Made by a program: the position numbers and the translations under genes. A model generated the notes under the pieces. The model was not told the origin of the DNA. It ran no database searches and worked only from the letters and a program-made list of their open reading frames with translations. From a virus, in the IMG/VR virus record IMGVR_UViG_3300045988_144476: DNA of 64,000 nucleotides, one strand, 5' to 3'. Positions within the stretch are counted from its first letter, which is position 1. Each line of letters starts with the position of its first letter. Below, in pieces: positions 35,209-44,135 of this stretch.

Positions 35209-37281
35209 ATGAATTTTAACGATTTTAACAAAGCAATCACAGATCATTTTGAAGAAATGACAAAAGATGTCAAAAGAGTATTTGAAGTTGAATTTGATTA
35301 TGAGGAAATGAATAATCTTTATCTTGATTCTTTTCCGTCAGGCACAAATGAAATTTATCGAAAGAGAAGAGAATATGATTGTAGTTGTTGTAGACATTTT
35401 ATTCGTGATATTGGTAATGCAGTAGTAATTAAAGATGGAAAACTTCATACAATCTGGGAATTGGATATTGATGATAAAGTTTATTCTGTAGTAGCAAAAG
35501 CTCTCGATCAGTATATTCGAGAGAAAGCAATTAAAGGTGTATATCTCAGAAAAGAAAAAAGAATTGGAACCGCTATTAGCAGAGAAATACTTCCAACTGG
35601 TGAAATTCATAAATATGATCATTTCTATATTGATCTTCCGAAAATTTGCATTTATGAGGAAAGATATAGTTCTACTTTAGATGGAGAAAAAGGGAAATTT
35701 AGAGATACAAGAAATGTGTTTAAAAGATCGCTTGATGAAATTGATCCGGAAGCTGTTGATACAGTTCTTGAATTGATTGGACAGAATTCATTATACAAAG
35801 GATCTGAATGGAAAGCAGTTCTGCAGGAATTCAAGAAATATCAGAAAGAATACAAGAAACTTACAGATATAGAAAAAGAACTTTGGACCTGGGAAAAATC
35901 AATTGACATTGGAATGACAGTTGGTCGAATTAGAAATCACAGTATGGGAACATTACTTGTTAACCTGTCTGAAGGAATGGAACTTGATACTGCGGTAAAG
36001 AAATACGAACAGATTGTAGCTCCTGCAAATTATAAGAGGCCAAAGGCAATCTTTACTAAGAAGATGCTTGAGGATGCAAAGAAAACAATTTCCGAACTTG
36101 GTTATATGGATTCTCTTCAGAGAAGATTTGCAACTCTTGATGATATTACAGTAAATAACATTCTATTCTCTAATAAAGATGCTACTAAGAGAATTTCTGG
36201 TGCAGATGATCTATTTGGAGAGATGGAAAAAGATGTTGCAATCAATCCGAAAAAGTTCTCTAAGGTAGAAGAAATTAGTGTAAGAGACTTTATTAATAAT
36301 GTTCTTCCTACAGCAAAAGAACTCGAAGTGTTCTTAGAGAACAAACATGAGAAAAACATGGTATCACTCATTGCTCCGGAAAATAAAGAAGCGAAATCAA
36401 TGTTCAAGTGGAATAATTCATTCTCATGGGCTTATACAGGTAATATTACTGATTCTGATATTAGAGAAAATGTAAAGGCTGCAGGTGGATCTGTAACAGG
36501 TGTACTTAGATTTTCTATTCAGTGGAATGATGGTGGAAGAGATAATTCAGATCTTGATGCACATTGTATTGAGCCAAACGGAACAGAAATTTATTATGCT
36601 ACTTATAAAAAACCAAGAATGACAGATATGGGCGGTCAGCTTGATATTGATATTATGGAACCATTTTCACAGTGTAAAGCATCAAATGGAGTAGCAGTAG
36701 AGAACATTACATATGCTACAAAATCAAGAATGAAACCTGGTACATATAAATTCTTTGTAAATCAGTATTGTTCAAGAGGATCTAAAGGCTTTAAAGCAGA
36801 GATTGAAGCAGATGGCGAAGTTCATTCTTATAAATATGATAAGCCGGTACGTAGAAACGTTCAGGTCGCTGAAGTTATTATGGATGAAAATGGTAACTTC
36901 AAGATTGTTGATAAACTCGATGGAAATAGTGCGATGACAAGTAAAGATGTATGGAAAGTTAAAACAAACCAGTTTATGCCGGTATCTGTTGTATGCTATT
37001 CTCCAAACTATTGGGACGAACAGAAGGGAATTGGACATCAGCATTTGTTCTTTATGCTTAAAGATTGTGTGAATCCGGAAGAGCCGAATGGATATTACAA
37101 TGAATTCTTAAAACCGGAACTTGAGCAGCATAAGAGAGTATTTGAAGCTCTCGGAGCTAAAGCACATGTAAAAGATGTAGATGATCAGCTTTCTGGTATT
37201 GGATTTAGCCTTACTAAGAGAAATGATTTGATTGTTAAAGTCAAAGGTGCAACTGAAAGGGTATTGAAGATTAAATTTTAA
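35209..37281 (+). CDS. large protein of unknown function
   Basis: 690 aa; YDCSCCRHFIRD cluster near N-terminus; C-terminal domain with acidic dyads SDLDAHCIEPNG...GGQLDIDIMEP. Confidence 0.8.
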   Translation: MNFNDFNKAITDHFEEMTKDVKRVFEVEFDYEEMNNLYLDSFPSGTNEIYRKRREYDCSCCRHFIRDIGNAVVIKDGKLHTIWELDIDDKVYSVVAKALDQYIREKAIKGVYLRKEKRIGTAISREILPTGEIHKYDHFYIDLPKICIYEERYSSTLDGEKGKFRDTRNVFKRSLDEIDPEAVDTVLELIGQNSLYKGSEWKAVLQEFKKYQKEYKKLTDIEKELWTWEKSIDIGMTVGRIRNHSMGTLLVNLSEGMELDTAVKKYEQIVAPANYKRPKAIFTKKMLEDAKKTISELGYMDSLQRRFATLDDITVNNILFSNKDATKRISGADDLFGEMEKDVAINPKKFSKVEEISVRDFINNVLPTAKELEVFLENKHEKNMVSLIAPENKEAKSMFKWNNSFSWAYTGNITDSDIRENVKAAGGSVTGVLRFSIQWNDGGRDNSDLDAHCIEPNGTEIYYATYKKPRMTDMGGQLDIDIMEPFSQCKASNGVAVENITYATKSRMKPGTYKFFVNQYCSRGSKGFKAEIEADGEVHSYKYDKPVRRNVQVAEVIMDENGNFKIVDKLDGNSAMTSKDVWKVKTNQFMPVSVVCYSPNYWDEQKGIGHQHLFFMLKDCVNPEEPNGYYNEFLKPELEQHKRVFEALGAKAHVKDVDDQLSGIGFSLTKRNDLIVKVKGATERVLKIKF

Positions 37282-37295
37282 TCTTTAATAATAAA

Positions 37296-37310
37296 TAATG
37301 ATTTAATCAA
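37296..37310 (+). repeat. 15-nt intergenic motif copy
   Basis: TAATGATTTAATCAA followed by AAGGAG. Confidence 0.7.
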
Positions 37311-37323
37311 AAGGAGTAGAAAA

Positions 37324-37701
37324 ATGGAATTAACAAACGTATTTGAAAGGGCAGCTATGAATAAGTACAGATTTCCTTATAAGGGACAGATTTCTGTAGA
37401 AGATCTTTGGGATCTATCTCTTCCAGGACTTGATTCTGTATTCAAACAGCTTAACAAGCTGAAAAAGGTAAATGAAGAAGAAAGTCTTCTTGAAGTAAAA
37501 TCTGCAGAAGATGTAGAAGTAGAAGATAAGATTGCTATTGTGAAATTTATTGTTAAATATAAACAGGACGCAGCACTTGCAAGACTTACCGAAAAAGAAA
37601 ATAAAGAATACAATCAGAAAATTATGGCTATTATTGAAAAGAAACAGGATCAGGCACTTGAAAATATGTCTGTAGAAGAACTTCAGAAACATTTAAGATA
37701 A
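37324..37701 (+). CDS. hypothetical protein
   Basis: 125-aa ORF, AAGGAG SD. Confidence 0.65.
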   Translation: MELTNVFERAAMNKYRFPYKGQISVEDLWDLSLPGLDSVFKQLNKLKKVNEEESLLEVKSAEDVEVEDKIAIVKFIVKYKQDAALARLTEKENKEYNQKIMAIIEKKQDQALENMSVEELQKHLR

Positions 37702-37718
37702 ATAAAGGAGAGAAACAA

Positions 37719-40343
37719 ATGAACGGATTAAGTAGTAAAGAAGTTTCTCAGAGTAGGGCTTTACATGGGAGCAATAAGCTCCCTGAGCCTAAAATGAAGA
37801 AATGGTATCATTTTGCAAAGGAAGCATTAACAGAGTCAATTACAATGATTCTTATTGCAATTGCAGTATTTCAGATAATTCTTGGAGTTATTGGCGTAGC
37901 AGAAATTTCTGAACCAATTATGATTCTTGTGGTACTTTCAATTGTAACAGGAATTGCAATTAAAACAGGTCTTGGTGTACAGAAATCAGCGGCAGAATTA
38001 AAAGCGAAAACATCTCTTAGGTACTGTGATGTAATTCGAGATGGAAAATTACAGACAATTAATAAAGATGATCTTGTAGTTGGTGATATTGTAATCATTA
38101 GAACTGGTCAGGAAATATTCGCTGATGGATATATTGTTGAAGGAAAAATTTCTGTAAACAATGCAGCTATTAATGGAGAATCAAAGGAATGCAAAAAGAC
38201 TCCGATTGATGGATATAAACATGTAAAAACTACATCAACAGATGCATATACAAATCAGAACTGCTTATTTGCCGGTACAACTGTAATGTCTGGAGAAGGT
38301 AAGATGATTGTAACGGAAGTTGGTGTTAATACAGTAAATGGTGATACTCTTGTAAAGATGCAGACACTTGAAGCACCTAAAACAGCACTTGATATTGCTC
38401 TTGATAATCTGTGTGATTTTATTTCTAAATGGGGAACAATTGCAGCAGTATTAGCATTTGTGATCATGACAGTTTCTGGAATTATGCAGGCCGGTGGTAT
38501 GTCGCAGTATTTCAATGGAGGTATTCTTGAAAATATCCAGAAGATTGCTACTAATTTCTCAATTGCATTGACTATTATTGTTGCAGCTGTTCCGGAAGGA
38601 TTACCGCTTATTGTAAAACTGGTAACGAAACAGAATGTAAGTACAATGGAAAAATTTAATATCCTTGCTAAGAATCCAGGAAAAATTCCTGAGCTTGCAT
38701 ATGTAAATCTTATTTGTACTGATAAAACAGGGACGCTTACAACAGGTATTATGACACCAAAAGTAATGGTGAATGGTGCTTGCGAAGATATTATGAATGA
38801 TAAAGATTCTGTTGCTGCAGGTCTTATTAAGAATAATGTATGTTTAAATAATAGTGCTGATTATGATGCTGACGGAAATATTACTGGTGGTAACTCAATT
38901 GATCGAGCAGTATTAGGATTATATTCAAAGGGAGATTGTAGAATCGTTAAAGAATCATTTGCAGTAAAAAACAGACTTCCTTTTAGTAGCGAGAATAAGT
39001 ATTCTGCTATAGAAGTTGCTAGTTTAACAGCTGATGCACAGATGACTTTATATAAAGGTGCTCCTGAAAAACTTATTCAGAGATGTTCTTACTACATTGC
39101 AAACAGTGGAGAAGTAAAACAGTTTACAGATTCTGATAGAAAAGCAATGGAAAGTTATATTAAAGGACTTACAGAAAAAGCAATGAGATGTATTGCTCTT
39201 ACAATGTCTGATTTCTTTAAGGAAGACGAACTTCCGAAAGATATGACATTACTTGGAGTAATCGGTGTTGTTGATCCACTTAGAGAAGAAGTTCCAGATG
39301 CTGTAAAGACTGCAAATAAAGCGGGGATCCAGGTAATTGAAATTACTGGTGATTGTCTTGAAACAGCAAAAGCAGTAGCAGCAGAAGCTGGTATTTATCA
39401 TCCTTGGGATAAGGCAATTACAAATGATGAATTTGAAGCTATGTCAGATAACGAAGTAAAAGAAATCATTCCTAAATTAAGAGTTATTTCCAGATGTTCA
39501 CCTAATACAAAACTTAGGTTAGTAACTCTTGCTCAGGAAATTGGAATGTCTGTTGCTATGACAGGCGATGGTGTTAATGATTCCCCAGCATTAAAAAAAG
39601 CTGATGTAGGATTTGGAATGGAATCTGGATCTGATGTTGCGAAAGAAGCAAGTGATATTATTCTTACAGATAATAACTTTGCATCAACTGTAAAAGCAAC
39701 GGAACTTGGTAGAACATTTATGCACAATATTATGATGTTCCTTGAGTTTCAGCTGCCAATTAACATTTCATTACTTATCTTAAGTATGATTTATCCGGTA
39801 ATTTCTGGTGGAGCTGCATTACTTGCATCGGTACAGATTCTAATTGTGAATATTATCATGGACTCTCTCAACTCACTGAGTTTTGGTGGCGAGCCTCCAA
39901 AAGCGGAATATATGAAAGAGAAACCAATTAAAAAGGGATCTGGATTATTTATTCGTGGTGCTAAAAAGAGAATTGCTTTATCAACAATCGTATTTATTGT
40001 TTTGTTTGGTGCGATTACATATGGTCCAATTGCGGCAATATTTGCTACACCAGAACTGGCTATTACAGCAAGATTTGCATTACTTTGTTTTATGGCTGTA
40101 TTTAATGGATTTACAATTAGAACGGAAAGCATAAATCTTTTCAATGGCCTTGGTAAGAATAAAGCTTTTTCAGTAATTGCTGTTGGAATTATAGCTATGA
40201 CATTGTTTTTATGTAATATTGCAGGAAGTCTTGTGCAGACAACACCTCTTGATTTAAGACATTGGATTACGGTAATTGTTGTGGCATTTATGATTGTACC
40301 GGTTGATATTATTAGAAAAGGAATTAAAAAGATTAAAAAATAA
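37719..40343 (+). CDS. P2-type cation-transporting P-type ATPase (Ca2+-ATPase-like)
   Basis: ICTDKTGTLT phosphorylation site, AAVPEGLP (TM4), YKGAPE, EITGD, TGDGVNDSPALKKADVG; multiple TM segments. Confidence 0.93.
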   Translation: MNGLSSKEVSQSRALHGSNKLPEPKMKKWYHFAKEALTESITMILIAIAVFQIILGVIGVAEISEPIMILVVLSIVTGIAIKTGLGVQKSAAELKAKTSLRYCDVIRDGKLQTINKDDLVVGDIVIIRTGQEIFADGYIVEGKISVNNAAINGESKECKKTPIDGYKHVKTTSTDAYTNQNCLFAGTTVMSGEGKMIVTEVGVNTVNGDTLVKMQTLEAPKTALDIALDNLCDFISKWGTIAAVLAFVIMTVSGIMQAGGMSQYFNGGILENIQKIATNFSIALTIIVAAVPEGLPLIVKLVTKQNVSTMEKFNILAKNPGKIPELAYVNLICTDKTGTLTTGIMTPKVMVNGACEDIMNDKDSVAAGLIKNNVCLNNSADYDADGNITGGNSIDRAVLGLYSKGDCRIVKESFAVKNRLPFSSENKYSAIEVASLTADAQMTLYKGAPEKLIQRCSYYIANSGEVKQFTDSDRKAMESYIKGLTEKAMRCIALTMSDFFKEDELPKDMTLLGVIGVVDPLREEVPDAVKTANKAGIQVIEITGDCLETAKAVAAEAGIYHPWDKAITNDEFEAMSDNEVKEIIPKLRVISRCSPNTKLRLVTLAQEIGMSVAMTGDGVNDSPALKKADVGFGMESGSDVAKEASDIILTDNNFASTVKATELGRTFMHNIMMFLEFQLPINISLLILSMIYPVISGGAALLASVQILIVNIIMDSLNSLSFGGEPPKAEYMKEKPIKKGSGLFIRGAKKRIALSTIVFIVLFGAITYGPIAAIFATPELAITARFALLCFMAVFNGFTIRTESINLFNGLGKNKAFSVIAVGIIAMTLFLCNIAGSLVQTTPLDLRHWITVIVVAFMIVPVDIIRKGIKKIKK

Positions 40344-40356
40344 AGGAGAATTTAAA

Positions 40357-41142
40357 ATGGGACTGTTTAATAAACTTTTTGGAGCTAAAGAGAAATCAGA
40401 TTCAGTAGTTACGCAGCAGCCGTTTACAGGAGTAAAAGAAAATACTCCTGTGAACACCTTAAATTCATCTGCGGCTGTAATCGATATGTCAAAATCAAAA
40501 GAAAATCTGAATACTGTTCTGATTGATATGTCAAAGGGAAGCAAAATTGATATGACAAAACATGTTGCCAGAGTAGCACTTGCAATGGATTATTCCGGAT
40601 CTATGGATCGTTTATTTGCTAACGGATCTGTACAGAAAACAATTTCAAGATTACTTCCTATTGCTCTTAAATTCGATGATAATGGTGAGCTTGAATCTTG
40701 GTTATTCTCTACCGATTACAAACGTCTTGATACTGTTACAGAAAATAATTTCGAAAATTATGTCAAAAGAGTAATGCAGAGATCTGGAATGTATATGGGA
40801 GGCACATATTATGAACCGGTTTTAAGCGATATGGTTAATTATTATAAAAACATTGAACCAAGCGAAATTCCAGCATTTATAATTTTTATTACTGATGGAG
40901 AGAACATGGATAAGAGTAATACAAATCGTATTATTCGAGAGCTATCTGAGTATAATATTTTTGTTCAGTTTATTGGAATCGGAAATGAAGATTTTGATTA
41001 TTTGAAATCACTTGATAAGCTTGAAGGAAGAAAGCATGACAATACTGGATTTACAGCTGTAAAAGATATGAATAAACTTGATGACCAGCAGCTTTATACG
41101 GAAATTCTTCGTCAGTATAAAGACTGGTTAAATAAGAAATAA
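40357..41142 (+). CDS. von Willebrand factor A (vWA) domain protein, TerY-like
   Basis: MIDAS box LAMDYSGSM and IIFITDGEN; start at ATG 40357 behind AAGGAG (the 40294 start lies inside the ATPase gene). Confidence 0.85.
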   Translation: MGLFNKLFGAKEKSDSVVTQQPFTGVKENTPVNTLNSSAAVIDMSKSKENLNTVLIDMSKGSKIDMTKHVARVALAMDYSGSMDRLFANGSVQKTISRLLPIALKFDDNGELESWLFSTDYKRLDTVTENNFENYVKRVMQRSGMYMGGTYYEPVLSDMVNYYKNIEPSEIPAFIIFITDGENMDKSNTNRIIRELSEYNIFVQFIGIGNEDFDYLKSLDKLEGRKHDNTGFTAVKDMNKLDDQQLYTEILRQYKDWLNKK

Positions 41143-41193
41143 ATTGAAATGCATATAGTATATTGTTAAATAATTGTAAAAGGAGAATGAATA

Positions 41194-41832
41194 ATGGCAG
41201 TAATTAATATGAGCAAGAATCAGAAGATTAGTATGACAAAGGAAGATGGATCCGCAGTAAAAACTTTCTTTATTGGGGTTAATTGGGAAGAAAATAGATA
41301 TGCAGGAGAGTCTGATATTGACTTTGATATTAATGGATTCATTACAAATTCTGATAGAAAAGTAATCTTTCCACAAGATGTCATTAATTATGCTACATAT
41401 GGAAATGGATCTGATTATCCTTGGATTGAGTATTCTGGAGATAATAGAACCGGTGATGATGCAGAAGGAATTACATTTAATGGAAAACATTTTGATGAAT
41501 ATTTTATTATTCATGATGATACTTTCCCTACTGATCGAACTGATTTTACTATCTGCCTTACAATTTTCAGAGCTATTCAGAGAAAACAGAATTTTGGTAT
41601 GGTTAGAAATGCTACGATGACTATTTGTGATTATGATAATCCGAATGGAGATAAGTATGAGTTTGATCTTTCTGAGGATGAAAATTTTGAAAATCTGAAT
41701 GCAGTTGAAATGGGTAGACTGTATAAATACGGAAATGGATTTAAGTTTCAGGCTCTTGGTACCGGTTATATGGGTGGAATGACAGAGCTGTTTAAAAACT
41801 TTGGACTTGATATTGATGAAGGGAGAGATTAA
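41194..41832 (+). CDS. TerD-domain protein
   Basis: GVNWEEN, DIDFDINGF, YSGDNRTGDDAEG, QNFGMVRNATMTI, YEFDLSED, YKYGNGFKFQALGTGY. Confidence 0.9.
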   Translation: MAVINMSKNQKISMTKEDGSAVKTFFIGVNWEENRYAGESDIDFDINGFITNSDRKVIFPQDVINYATYGNGSDYPWIEYSGDNRTGDDAEGITFNGKHFDEYFIIHDDTFPTDRTDFTICLTIFRAIQRKQNFGMVRNATMTICDYDNPNGDKYEFDLSEDENFENLNAVEMGRLYKYGNGFKFQALGTGYMGGMTELFKNFGLDIDEGRD

Positions 41833-41835
41833 TTT

Positions 41836-42582
41836 ATGAATCTTACAGCAGGCGCAGTAATTGTTATTGCAGCGATTGTAATTGTTGGTATTTTAATCTT
41901 TTGTACTAAATCAGGAAAGCGTGTCAGACTTAGAATGTCTGGCACTGCTGATGAAGTAATTTCAAAAGATGCATCTACTCCAGAAGGAGCAAAAGCATAT
42001 TATAATGTTGCAATCGAAAAGAAACAGAATGATTATAATACTGCTAATAATCTTTTAAAACAGATTGAAGGTAAAAAGGCAGGATTTGAAGATCAGCTTC
42101 ATCAGTTGCAGAAAAATAGATTTGATTGTGTAGAAAAACTTAATCAATGTATTGATTCAAATAATGATGATGGAGCAAAGCTTTATATTAAAGAGCAGCA
42201 GAATATTGATGATAAAGTAAAAACTTTAAAAGCGGCAATTAAGGATCTTGAGAAAAATGAACAACTTCAGAAAGAAACTGTTGAATCATTAGAAGCAGAG
42301 TTAAATGATCTTAAGGCCGAAAAAGACAATGCTATCTTTACTTTATCAACAGCGCAGGTTACACAGTCTCTTCAGGCAAACCCAGGAACATCTTCTAATG
42401 AAGAAGATAAAATGCTTGAAAAAGTTCGTGATGGGATTCAGAAAAAGAAAGAAGAAGCTGATGGAAATAGAATTATGTATGAGAATTCTACATATGTACA
42501 GAAGCAGCGTCTTGAAAAGAAAATGAAAGATGATGAAGTTGATAGAAAATTACAGGAGCTTAAAGCGAAGAAAGGAAAATAA
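41836..42582 (+). CDS. membrane-anchored PspA/IM30-like coiled-coil protein
   Basis: N-terminal TM AGAVIVIAAIVIVGILIF. The long helical region has layout and C-terminal segment (LEAELNDLKAEKDNAIFTLSTAQVTQSLQ...MLEKVRDGI) that parallel PspA by eye. Confidence 0.6.
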   Translation: MNLTAGAVIVIAAIVIVGILIFCTKSGKRVRLRMSGTADEVISKDASTPEGAKAYYNVAIEKKQNDYNTANNLLKQIEGKKAGFEDQLHQLQKNRFDCVEKLNQCIDSNNDDGAKLYIKEQQNIDDKVKTLKAAIKDLEKNEQLQKETVESLEAELNDLKAEKDNAIFTLSTAQVTQSLQANPGTSSNEEDKMLEKVRDGIQKKKEEADGNRIMYENSTYVQKQRLEKKMKDDEVDRKLQELKAKKGK

Positions 42583-42583
42583 T

Positions 42584-42667
42584 ATGATTGTTATTAGAAT
42601 ATGGGTATTTCTTTTGGTTATGCTTATGGCTTTTGTAGTTGGATTTGTTATAGGGAGGATTGAATAA
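42584..42667 (+). CDS. possible 27-aa membrane peptide
   Basis: MIVIRIWVFLLVMLMAFVVGFVIGRIE; stop overlaps next ATG. Confidence 0.3.
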   Translation: MIVIRIWVFLLVMLMAFVVGFVIGRIE

Positions 42668-43104
42668 TGGTTGATATTAAGAAATTGAAAATTGATGATG
42701 TTTTAATTAATAAAATTAATAAAGATAAAAAACGTGTAAAGTTTATTGCGTCAAATTATATTATTGTAGAGGATTGCAAAAATGGAAAACCTGCAATTAT
42801 GCTAAAAGAGTGTTTTACATTATATACAAAATGTCAAAAATATATTTGGACGGATTGGGAAGAATGCATGTTGTATTTTAATGATCCGTTTGATCGATGT
42901 GGTGATTGTATAACTAGAATTAAATGTAGAGTACGTAGTAATGGAAAAAGAATTCAGGTTAGATCTGGAGCTTTATCTGCAATAGCTTCTTGCAATGAAG
43001 ATTGTGGAGACAAATTTAATTTTGATAAAGGAGTAGAAATAGCAGGTAAGAGATTAATTTTAAAATGGTTATCAAATAGACTTGAAGCAGAAGTAAGAGG
43101 ATAA
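42667..43104 (+). CDS. hypothetical protein
   Basis: 145-aa ORF, GGGAGG SD. Confidence 0.6.
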   Translation: MVDIKKLKIDDVLINKINKDKKRVKFIASNYIIVEDCKNGKPAIMLKECFTLYTKCQKYIWTDWEECMLYFNDPFDRCGDCITRIKCRVRSNGKRIQVRSGALSAIASCNEDCGDKFNFDKGVEIAGKRLILKWLSNRLEAEVRG

Positions 43105-43108
43105 TATT

Positions 43109-43504
43109 ATGAAACCTATTATTAATCCATGGATCATGTATGTTATTGGGTTAGTCAATAATATAAGTTTTATATTTGCAGTAGTTATATTTTTTTTATT
43201 AAGTGCAATAATTATAGTTGCAGCAACTGGGTTTGTTAAGTTTGTTGAAAATTATGATAATTTTGATGAATTTTTAGAGGATAATCATACTGCGGTTAAA
43301 TGGTTTAAAAAAGGATGTATAAGTTTAATTATCGCAGGAATAGTAATGATTTTGATACCGTCTGAGAAAACATTGTATTCTATGGTCGTTCTTGAGAATG
43401 TAACTCCTAACAATATTGAAATTGCAGGTAATACAGGAAAAGATGTTATTGATTATTTATTTGATAAAATTGATCAAATGAATGACGAAGAGGAAGATAA
43501 ATAA
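43109..43504 (+). CDS. membrane protein (hypothetical)
   Basis: 131 aa, two or three hydrophobic segments. Confidence 0.6.
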   Translation: MKPIINPWIMYVIGLVNNISFIFAVVIFFLLSAIIIVAATGFVKFVENYDNFDEFLEDNHTAVKWFKKGCISLIIAGIVMILIPSEKTLYSMVVLENVTPNNIEIAGNTGKDVIDYLFDKIDQMNDEEEDK

Positions 43505-43884
43505 TGCAAAAAGGATTTATACGAAAAGAAATTATTCCTATCAGCGAAGTGGAAAACGCTGTAAAAGATGTAATGTTTTGTAAAAATAAGCGAGATTCTT
43601 ATGTTAATATTCGTGGAGATATTATTAAGGGAAACAGTCAACGCTTTCAGACATTTTTTACAAAAGGATTAAAATGTTCATGTTGTGGAATAGAGGGAAA
43701 ATATTTTGCAAAAGAAAAAGATCCGAATGCAGCAAGATATCATTTAAATTTATATGCCATTGATGATGACGGAGAAGAAGTATTGATGACAAAAGAACAT
43801 ATTATTCCGTTATATAAAGGCGGGGAAAATGATGTGATCAATTTTCAGACTATGTGTGAAAAATGTAATAAAAGGAATCCATAA
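43504..43884 (+). CDS. HNH endonuclease
   Basis: CSCCG...KEHIIPLYKGGENDVINFQTMCEKCNKRN. Confidence 0.8.
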   Translation: MQKGFIRKEIIPISEVENAVKDVMFCKNKRDSYVNIRGDIIKGNSQRFQTFFTKGLKCSCCGIEGKYFAKEKDPNAARYHLNLYAIDDDGEEVLMTKEHIIPLYKGGENDVINFQTMCEKCNKRNP

Positions 43885-43885
43885 A

Positions 43886-43900
43886 TAATGTTTTAATCAA
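43886..43900 (+). repeat. 15-nt intergenic motif copy
   Basis: TAATGTTTTAATCAA. Confidence 0.7.
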
Positions 43901-43915
43901 TATGTGAAAAAAGTG

Positions 43916-43944
43916 TTGACATTTGAAATGAAGTGTGGTATAAT
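43916..43944 (+). promoter_or_regulatory. sigma-A-type promoter with extended -10
   Basis: TTGACA, 17-nt spacer, TGgTATAAT. Confidence 0.7.
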
Positions 43945-43962
43945 ACATACATAGTCAAGAGA

Positions 43963-44001
43963 GGGAATGCGGAACTGTGAAAGCAGTTCCACTAAATTCC
44001 C
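43963..44001 (+). other. nested leader hairpin between promoter and tRNA-Gln
   Basis: gggaat/attccc enclosing ggaactg/cagttcc. Confidence 0.4.
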
Positions 44002-44007
44002 AGTAAC

Positions 44008-44022
44008 TAATGATTTAATCAA
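44008..44022 (+). repeat. 15-nt intergenic motif copy
   Basis: TAATGATTTAATCAA, 13 nt before tRNA-Gln. Confidence 0.7.
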
Positions 44023-44035
44023 TTAGACACAATAA

Positions 44036-44109
44036 TGGGCATTCGCCAAGCGGTAAGGCTCAGCACTTTGACTGCTGCATTTTCGTTGGTTCGAATCCAA
44101 CATGCCCAG
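44036..44109 (+). tRNA. tRNA-Gln (anticodon TTG)
   Basis: Acceptor tgggcat/atgccca, anticodon arm cagca-cTTTGAc-tgctg, T arm gttgg-ttcgaat-ccaac; close to Bacillus-type tRNA-Gln from memory. Confidence 0.9.
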
Positions 44110-44135
44110 CTTATTAAAAACAAAGGAGAGAAAAA

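Noticed and set aside
40294-40356. Upstream start of the vWA ORF inside the ATPase gene. Similar long starts occur at 496, 855, 6268, 7747, 20289 and 24574
   Set aside because: The internal ATGs are preceded by strong SDs just after the upstream stop codon. The extended versions would overlap the preceding gene by 30-100 nt.
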